Positions 57,853-64,000 of a stretch of 64,000 bases of DNA are shown here, one piece after another. The notes beneath the pieces are model-generated. The model was not told where the DNA came from, searched no databases, and worked only from the letters and a program-made list of their open reading frames with translations. Origin of the DNA: an uncultured Oscillospiraceae bacterium (GTDB lineage: Bacteria; Bacillota; Clostridia; Peptostreptococcales; Anaerovoracaceae); contig CAYIYH010000003.1 of NCBI GenBank assembly GCA_964367585.1, positions 36,134 through 100,133 of the forward strand, written 5' to 3'. A program made the position numbers and the translations under genes. Position 1 is the first letter of the stretch. Every line of letters begins with the position of its first letter.

Positions 57853-58808
57853 TCAAACACCTCCTTCAAAATAAAGGAATTAATAACATTCAAAATTGTC
57901 TGCGCTGCAATATATTGCGTATGATTTCTATTGTCGAGTGATGGTGCTACATTTGTTAGTGAAACTGCGGTGAGCTTATTCCCTATCTCAATTCCATTTG
58001 ACAGGTTGATCAAGTGTTCCGGTTTTAATCCTCCGATATTTAAAACTGGAGTACCCGCCGCAAATCCAGTATCAACTACCGCCATATCTATAGAACAAAT
58101 TATATTTTCACATTGAGATACAAATTCATTAATTTTACCAGAAATATATTTTATTTCATTTTCATATATCTCCTCTGCAGTAATTACTTGAGCTGTGATA
58201 CGATCCAAATCATTCATTTGTATTTTGGATACATACCCATTCAACCCTATAATCATTACTTTCTTAACATTCTCAATCTGAGATAAAAGAGTTAGTAATT
58301 CCGTGGACTCTTCATCAACAAGATTCGGAAACGACAAACTATTCGAAAAAATAATTATCCCTGTATTAGAACAATATAGGTCAGGATTACTGATTATTGA
58401 TTCACTAATTCTACTATCTCCACCAAGTAGTATGGGAATTCCGCCTTTTGAATTGATTTCTGAAACTAATAATTTAAGTGAATCCATGTTTTTTTTGTAT
58501 AACATGTAGGATTCGTCAACATCCCCAAAATCGAATCCTGCATTTTCCCCAATAAATCTGTATTTTTTATTTGTTTCTATATCAATTATTGTATTTGAGG
58601 GAGATTCCCTATAACAATCAAGTATAGAGCCGACCATCCTTCTTATTTCTTTAGGACCATCTGAAGTGCCTACCCTAAGAGGTGGCACAGAATCCACCGG
58701 AATCCCCACGACACATAGCATATCTTTTAAAATAGATTCATCATTTTTGCTTGGAAATTGCGCAAAATTTGGGATATCTTTCTTCGAGACCATTATATTT
58801 TTTTTCAT
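57849..58808 (-). CDS. Arginase-fold paralog with degenerate metal site
   Basis: GGDH reads GGDS, DAHxD reads FSNSLS and DxDxxD reads SIDMAVVD. GGAGGA lies upstream of the ATG at 58808. Confidence 0.7.
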   Translation of the reverse strand: MKKNIMVSKKDIPNFAQFPSKNDESILKDMLCVVGIPVDSVPPLRVGTSDGPKEIRRMVGSILDCYRESPSNTIIDIETNKKYRFIGENAGFDFGDVDESYMLYKKNMDSLKLLVSEINSKGGIPILLGGDSRISESIISNPDLYCSNTGIIIFSNSLSFPNLVDEESTELLTLLSQIENVKKVMIIGLNGYVSKIQMNDLDRITAQVITAEEIYENEIKYISGKINEFVSQCENIICSIDMAVVDTGFAAGTPVLNIGGLKPEHLINLSNGIEIGNKLTAVSLTNVAPSLDNRNHTQYIAAQTILNVINSFILKEVFD

Positions 58809-58823
58809 TTTTCCTCCAAAATT

Positions 58824-59714
58824 TTAGTCACACACATTAATATTTATATTATGTCCACTATAAACGCCTTCAATCATTGACTTTTCGTATTTTGCCGCGT
58901 TCAACAACTTCTCATAATCTATACCTGTATCATATCCCATGTTATTTAGCATGAACACCAAATCTTCCGTGGAAGTATTTCCTGAAGCCCCTTTAGCAAA
59001 GGGACATCCACCCAAGCCACCTAGGGAAACTTGAACATCTGTAATTCCGCATTCGATAGCCGCGAGCGTATTTAGCATCCCCATATTCCTTGTATCGTGG
59101 ATATGCACCTGAATACAGCAATCAGGAAACTCTTGTATTGCTTTTTTTACGAATTCACGTATTATATCCGGCGTCGCAATCCCTATTGTGTCGGCTAATA
59201 TAAAATTTCTTATCCCAAAGGCATAACCTTTTTTCATGAAATCAATTAACTCGTGGACTTGTGGGAGACCCTCAATGGGGCACCCAAACGCAGTTGCTAT
59301 TCCCATCCATATTTTTAATTCCGGGATTTCTTCCATAATATTTTTCATGTCCTCAAATGACTGCTCATGTGTTCTATTTATGTTTGCCATATTATGACTT
59401 TTGCTTAGAGAAATAACATATGCCACTTCTTTTATTCCCAAAGAAATCGCCTTTTTTGCTCCAAACAAATTAGGAACTAATGCACTGAATACAACATCCT
59501 TGTATCTTTTTAAACATTCTTCAACTATCTCTTGTGCATCTTTTAATTGTGGAATTGCTTTTGGACTTACAAATGAAGTAACTTCCATGTGCTTTACACC
59601 GGATTGCAAAATTTGATCGATAATTTCCAATTTTGTTTTTGCAGGTATGTATTCTTTTAAATTTTGAAACCCATCTCTTGGGCCTACTTCGATTATATTA
59701 ATTTTCTTATTCAC
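58824..59714 (-). CDS. HMG-CoA lyase-like (DRE-TIM metallolyase) enzyme
   Basis: 296 aa with N-terminus INIIEVGPRDGFQN and an HIHDTRNMG metal-site block. Confidence 0.85.
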   Translation of the reverse strand: MNKKINIIEVGPRDGFQNLKEYIPAKTKLEIIDQILQSGVKHMEVTSFVSPKAIPQLKDAQEIVEECLKRYKDVVFSALVPNLFGAKKAISLGIKEVAYVISLSKSHNMANINRTHEQSFEDMKNIMEEIPELKIWMGIATAFGCPIEGLPQVHELIDFMKKGYAFGIRNFILADTIGIATPDIIREFVKKAIQEFPDCCIQVHIHDTRNMGMLNTLAAIECGITDVQVSLGGLGGCPFAKGASGNTSTEDLVFMLNNMGYDTGIDYEKLLNAAKYEKSMIEGVYSGHNININVCD

Positions 59715-59732
59715 ACTTATACCCCATGTAGA

Positions 59733-60959
59733 CTAAATGATACCTTTAAGCTTTAGCTCTTCAATTTTCTTTGAGTCAAAGCCCAAATATTCATTATAAA
59801 TTTCTTCATTATGTTGACCTAACAGAGGGGATGGCATTCTTATCTCGGCTTTTTTATCACTAAATTTAATATGATCACCTGTGATAGTTGTTTTTCCCGC
59901 AACAGGATGATCTACTTCAACAAACATTTCTCTTGCCTTAGCGATATGAGGATCTGTGACAACTTTATCAATTGTATAAATCGGAGCCGAAGGCACTCCA
60001 ACTTCTAATAATATTTCTACTATTTGCTCTACATCATATTTTAATGACCAACTTTCAATAATAGTCTTTAATTCTTCATGATGTTTTAGTCTGCTTGGAT
60101 TATCAGCAAATTTCTCTTCTTCCAGTACTTCCGGAAATCCGGCTACTTTTGCGAAAACTTCGAATAATTTGTCATTTCCGGCTGCAATCACAACCGTTCC
60201 ATCTTTAGCTCTAAAGGTATCGTAAGGATAAGATGATGCATATCTATTTCCGTTTCTTTGTGGTATTTTTCCTTCCGTGAGGTATATTTGTGTGATTATC
60301 TCTAAAGATGAAACTACCGAATCAACTAATGAAACATCTATTTTCTGTCCTTCTCCCGTTTTTATTTTATTAACCACAGCAGCCAAAACACCAATTGTCA
60401 TGCTTAAACCACCTAAAACATCTCCCATAGCAGTGCCTGTACGAGTCGGTTCTCCTCCAGGCCATCCAGTGGTACTCATTAACCCTCCCATAGCCTGTGC
60501 AATAATGTCATATCCCGGTCTCTCGCTATACGGCCCATAATGACCAAAACCCGAGACGCACCCATATACTATTCCAGGATTTACTTTCTTCAATTCTTCA
60601 TATCCAATACCTAACCTATCCATAACACCTGGCCTATAGTTTTCTAATACTACATCAGCTTGTTTTACCATCTCCAGAAACATACTCTTACCTTTTTCAG
60701 ATTTTAAGTTTAATGTAATACCTTTTTTGTTTCTGTTAATATTCATATAGTAAGCGCTTTCACCATTTACAAAAGGTGCGAATGCTCTTGTATCGTCGCC
60801 TTTTTCTGGGATTTCTATTTTAATAACATTCGCACCCATGTCCGCCAAAAGCATCCCACTATAGGGCCCTGCCAAAACTCTTGTTAAATCTAAAACTGTA
60901 ATCCCATCTAAAATTCCCTTATTCACCTTAATCACATTTTCCTTCCGTTGATATATCAA
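59733..60959 (-). CDS. Family III (CaiB/BaiF) CoA-transferase
   Basis: GITVLDLTRVLAGPYSGMLLADMGANVIKIE is typical of the family. The track start is TTG 60959; GTG 60935 after GGAAGGA is an alternative. Confidence 0.85.
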   Translation of the reverse strand: MIYQRKENVIKVNKGILDGITVLDLTRVLAGPYSGMLLADMGANVIKIEIPEKGDDTRAFAPFVNGESAYYMNINRNKKGITLNLKSEKGKSMFLEMVKQADVVLENYRPGVMDRLGIGYEELKKVNPGIVYGCVSGFGHYGPYSERPGYDIIAQAMGGLMSTTGWPGGEPTRTGTAMGDVLGGLSMTIGVLAAVVNKIKTGEGQKIDVSLVDSVVSSLEIITQIYLTEGKIPQRNGNRYASSYPYDTFRAKDGTVVIAAGNDKLFEVFAKVAGFPEVLEEEKFADNPSRLKHHEELKTIIESWSLKYDVEQIVEILLEVGVPSAPIYTIDKVVTDPHIAKAREMFVEVDHPVAGKTTITGDHIKFSDKKAEIRMPSPLLGQHNEEIYNEYLGFDSKKIEELKLKGII

Positions 60960-61003
60960 AGTACAAAAGCTACCGATCTTTTCTTTGTTATAATCAATGA
61001 AAT

Positions 61004-61019
61004 AGCAAACATCGTGCCA
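61004..61019 (-). promoter_or_regulatory. Sigma54 (-24/-12) promoter
   Basis: The minus strand reads TGGCAC-GATGT-TTGCT, a consensus match with exact spacing, ~45-70 nt upstream of the CoA-transferase start. Confidence 0.75.
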
Positions 61020-61115
61020 AAGCAGAAAAATATATAAAAATGATACTTTTTACACTAAAAGACTTGAAATGTACACTTCCGGAGGTATTTTGTCTATTTA
61101 TGGAAAAAATGACCA

Positions 61116-61161
61116 TTGCAACATGTTGCTACTTTATGCAACATAGTAACATTATGTTGCA
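61116..61161 (-). promoter_or_regulatory. Candidate enhancer (UAS) sites for the sigma54 activator
   Basis: There is a perfect 12-bp palindrome GCAACATGTTGC (61118-61129) and the pair TGCAACATA-N7-TATGTTGCA (61137-61161). Both share a TGCAACAT half-site and lie ~100-145 bp upstream of the -24 element. Confidence 0.5.
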
Positions 61162-61230
61162 GCGCAAGACGCTACATCCTTATGCAAACATTTTTTTATA
61201 AACTTCATGATTTCACACATAGCAATATAA

Positions 61231-61266
61231 AAAAGGAGATATTCGCCAAAATGCCGATATCTCCCT
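61231..61266 (-). terminator. Terminator after the PrpR-type activator gene
   Basis: Stem ggagatat / atatctcc; CTTTTTTATATT follows on the minus strand. Confidence 0.6.
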
Positions 61267-61299
61267 TTAAGGTTCTAGATTAATATGTGTAAACACAAC

Positions 61300-63285
61300 T
61301 TATATTTTTATATTATATTTATTCATTTTTCTCCAAAGAGTTTGCCTACTCATGGATAATATTCTCGCAGTCTTAATGACTGAAAAATTATTTTCAGTTA
61401 AAGCTTCTATTATTGCTATTCTTTCTAAGTTACCATCTTCATATGTGTACTTCTGCGCTATCGAGCACCTATTCTCCATACTCGACATATCAATATTATT
61501 GGAATTATCTTCACTAATATTAGTTAGCAAGCTTTTTCCAATTAAAGAGCTGTTTAACACATCATAACCATTTTTCATCAGTATGAAGAATCTTTCTACG
61601 AAATTCTGCAACTCTCTAACATTGCCGTACCATTTATAGTTTTTAATTACATCCATATATATAACAGTCTCGAAATCATTCGTGAAATCGATTGATAAAT
61701 CTTTCGAATATTCTTTCAAAAACTTATGGCCCAAAAAGGCAATATCCCCCTCTCTGTTTCTCAAAGGTGGGATTTTCACATCTAGAACACTTAATCTAAA
61801 ATATAAATCTCTCCTAAATTCGTTATTTTTAACCTCTTCTTCCAAATCTTTGTTAGTAGCAGTAATAACTCTAATATCTACCGGAATTACTTCACTACTC
61901 CCTATTCTCCTCACTTCTTTTTCTTGAAGCACTCGCAGCAGATTAACTTGAGTCTCTCTTGAAATTTCGCCTATTTCATCTAAAAATATTGTCCCACCAT
62001 GTGCCATTTCAAAAAAACCCGGCTTTCCCTCTTTGTTTGCACCTGTAAAAGAACCTTCTTCATATCCAAACAACTCACTTTCCAATAGCCCTTTAGCTAT
62101 TGCAGCGCAATTAACTGCCACAAAAGGTCCATTCCTTCTCTCACTTGCATTATGGATACTTTGAGCAAACAACTCTTTCCCAGTGCCAGTCTCTCCTCTG
62201 ATAATTACTGCAGCATTTTCCTTTGCATAACTTTTGGCAATACTGATCGCTGACAATATTTCCGCAGATTGCCCTAGTATATCCTCAAACTTGTATTTTG
62301 CAATCAACCCTTTTTTTGCTAATTTCATTCTTATTTTTTTTTCATTATTTTGTATAGTATTTATGTCCTGAAAAGTCGCAACTATACCCTTTATATCCCT
62401 GTTCACCATTATTGGTATTATATTTGTTATTAATAAGGTGTTGTTTATGTTTATTAGCTTGTTTAATTTTGGAACTTCACTCTCAAGCACTTCTTTTATT
62501 TCTTCTTGCAAAATAGGCACTGATAATGACATATCAAAATGATCATCCGCATGTTTGCCTATCATTTTACTAGCATTATTATTAATTGTTAATATATTAC
62601 AGTTCTGATCTGTTACGATAATTGAATCATGACTATAATTCAAAATTGCCATATATTTTTCTAATTGAGTTTTTAGTTCAATCTGCCTTATCTCTTCTTC
62701 TTTATGAATTTTTAACATTTTCTTTGCTACATTTATAGCACTTATAATGGCATCGTCAGAACTTTCTACGATAACATGCTCAAGACCAAGCTCTTTAGCA
62801 TATTTTTCTGTAACACTACCACCAACAGCCATTTTTGCACCATCTTTTATGGCTTCTCGAACACAAATTTCACAATCTTTATTGTTCTTATAATAATATG
62901 GCCTAATATTGACATCTAATATTTTACAAATAGCCTTTATATCCAAACTCACTTCTTGATAAGTAAAAAGAGCAACTAATCCTTCACAATCTTTAGTTGC
63001 TTCAAATATCCTAATATAATCCTCAGTGCTTGTTTCCACATTTACGACATTAGCTTTGTATTTACTACTTAAGTAACTTGCAACACCTTTTCGACTAATA
63101 AAGATCTTCGCACCTGAACTAATAAGTTCGCGATACAGACCGTCAACTTCATCAACTGTACTTAAATATACCCCTATATTATGTTCATTATTTTCACTAA
63201 TAATTTTTTCCGCATTCTCCACAAGGTATTTTGATGGTGCAATGAAGCAGATTTCATTCGCCTTTATTTTATGATTTAAATTCAT
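61300..63285 (-). CDS. Sigma54-dependent activator with PrpR-like N-terminal sensor domain, PAS, AAA+ and HTH
   Basis: 661 aa with motifs GETGTGKELFAQSIH and ESELFGYEEGSFTGA, a C-terminal HTH, and an N-terminal ~190 aa that resemble the PrpR_N domain. Confidence 0.85.
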   Translation of the reverse strand: MNLNHKIKANEICFIAPSKYLVENAEKIISENNEHNIGVYLSTVDEVDGLYRELISSGAKIFISRKGVASYLSSKYKANVVNVETSTEDYIRIFEATKDCEGLVALFTYQEVSLDIKAICKILDVNIRPYYYKNNKDCEICVREAIKDGAKMAVGGSVTEKYAKELGLEHVIVESSDDAIISAINVAKKMLKIHKEEEIRQIELKTQLEKYMAILNYSHDSIIVTDQNCNILTINNNASKMIGKHADDHFDMSLSVPILQEEIKEVLESEVPKLNKLININNTLLITNIIPIMVNRDIKGIVATFQDINTIQNNEKKIRMKLAKKGLIAKYKFEDILGQSAEILSAISIAKSYAKENAAVIIRGETGTGKELFAQSIHNASERRNGPFVAVNCAAIAKGLLESELFGYEEGSFTGANKEGKPGFFEMAHGGTIFLDEIGEISRETQVNLLRVLQEKEVRRIGSSEVIPVDIRVITATNKDLEEEVKNNEFRRDLYFRLSVLDVKIPPLRNREGDIAFLGHKFLKEYSKDLSIDFTNDFETVIYMDVIKNYKWYGNVRELQNFVERFFILMKNGYDVLNSSLIGKSLLTNISEDNSNNIDMSSMENRCSIAQKYTYEDGNLERIAIIEALTENNFSVIKTARILSMSRQTLWRKMNKYNIKI

Positions 63286-63366
63286 TTTTATTTACCCTTT
63301 ACCATTACTATCACCACAAAACAAAAAAATTTGGAACTGTCTTATTATTTCACTTTATATATTTGA

Positions 63367-64000
63367 CTACTTAATGTATTTAATAATAAACTTCGTATAT
63401 TCATTTTCAACGGATTTAACTTCTATCATGCCGCCATCTTTTTCAATTATTGTTTTAGCAAGATTTAGCCCGATGCCGAATCCTTTTGAATTATTGGTTT
63501 TATGGTATCGCTCGAACACTTTACTGATGTCCTCTTTTTTTATTCCAATTCCTTCATCTTGTACGGTTATCATCGTATAGAAGTTATTGTCTGAAATATT
63601 AATAGCTATTATACCATTTTCTTTGCTATACTCTACACAATTTTTTATTATATTGGTCAATGCTTCTTCTTGCCATTTGGGGTCCACATTGATACTTATA
63701 GTATTCATCGGGGTTACCTTAGCGCCAGATGGTATAGATGCAGTGATCGATGGGATTACTGTACCGCCTGATGGGTTAATCTCAATATTTATATTTTTAT
63801 CTCGACACAGCTCTTCAAGCGAGTTTTTTGCGTTATCAAGAAGCATTGATACTTTGACATTTTCTCGATTAAACTCAATTACACTGGCATCCAGTCTAGA
63901 TAGTTTCAGCATCACTTGGATTAAATCACTAATCTTCTCGATTTTCGTCTCTATTTTCCTTAAATAATCTTCTTTCCTGCTTGTGGGCATCTCCTCATCA
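63367..64000 (-). CDS. Sensor histidine kinase, C-terminal part (5' end beyond the window)
   Basis: It has a HATPase_c region (NIIKNCVEYS...DEGIGI...GFGIGLNLAK). The reading frame stays open upstream of the ATG at 63990 to the window edge, and the H-box is not in the window. Confidence 0.75.
   Translation of the reverse strand, partial: DEEMPTSRKEDYLRKIETKIEKISDLIQVMLKLSRLDASVIEFNRENVKVSMLLDNAKNSLEELCRDKNINIEINPSGGTVIPSITASIPSGAKVTPMNTISINVDPKWQEEALTNIIKNCVEYSKENGIIAINISDNNFYTMITVQDEGIGIKKEDISKVFERYHKTNNSKGFGIGLNLAKTIIEKDGGMIEVKSVENEYTKFIIKYIK

Noticed and set aside
1-64000. CRISPR arrays, rRNA genes, IS elements/transposases, integrases, prophage genes and recognisable phage-defence systems.
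   Set aside because: I looked for regularly spaced direct repeats, DDE/tyrosine/serine recombinase motifs and defence-type domain combinations, and found none. The only tRNA seen is tRNA-Sec.

Overview
This is a low-GC Firmicutes/Clostridia-type chromosomal segment, apparently from an amino-acid-fermenting (Stickland-type) anaerobe, with nearly all genes on the minus strand. Left to right, the contents are: (1) a SnoaL-like gene, an SSS symporter and a divergent AraC regulator. (2) argG-argH. (3) A complete glycine reductase locus: singlet glycine riboswitch, then grdX-grdE-grdB(UGA=Sec)-trxB-trxA-grdA(UGA=Sec)-fused grdCD, followed by a tandem-SnoaL protein with a Cys-rich tail. (4) selC (tRNA-Sec)-selA-selB. 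(5) A CoA-transferase, an orphan BMP lipoprotein, proC and a class B sortase. (6) A sigma54-promoter operon (opine-dehydrogenase-like, YjiH-like transporter, non-Pyl MttB-family protein) with its enhancer-binding protein. (7) An M48 protease, ettA, a 2-hydroxyacid dehydrogenase and a RelE/Phd toxin-antitoxin pair. (8) An envelope-glycosylation locus (OmpR-type RR, GtrA, GT2, HK, an HK-like stub, YfhO). (9) A Fic protein. (10) A catabolic region of about 20 kb with six arginase-fold genes. The most unusual item is a sigma54/PrpR-type-controlled operon (61019 down to about 52345). It encodes a family III CoA-transferase, an HMG-CoA-lyase-like enzyme, four translationally coupled ureohydrolase paralogs, a transporter and an Fe-ADH. 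Three of the four ureohydrolase paralogs have lost the Mn-ligand motifs. I also see a dispersed repeat of about 57 bp with four clear copies; two inverted copies bracket gtrA-GT2 between the RR and HK genes. I found no rRNA, CRISPR array, transposase or integrase. All family assignments come from motif reading by eye, with no database searches.
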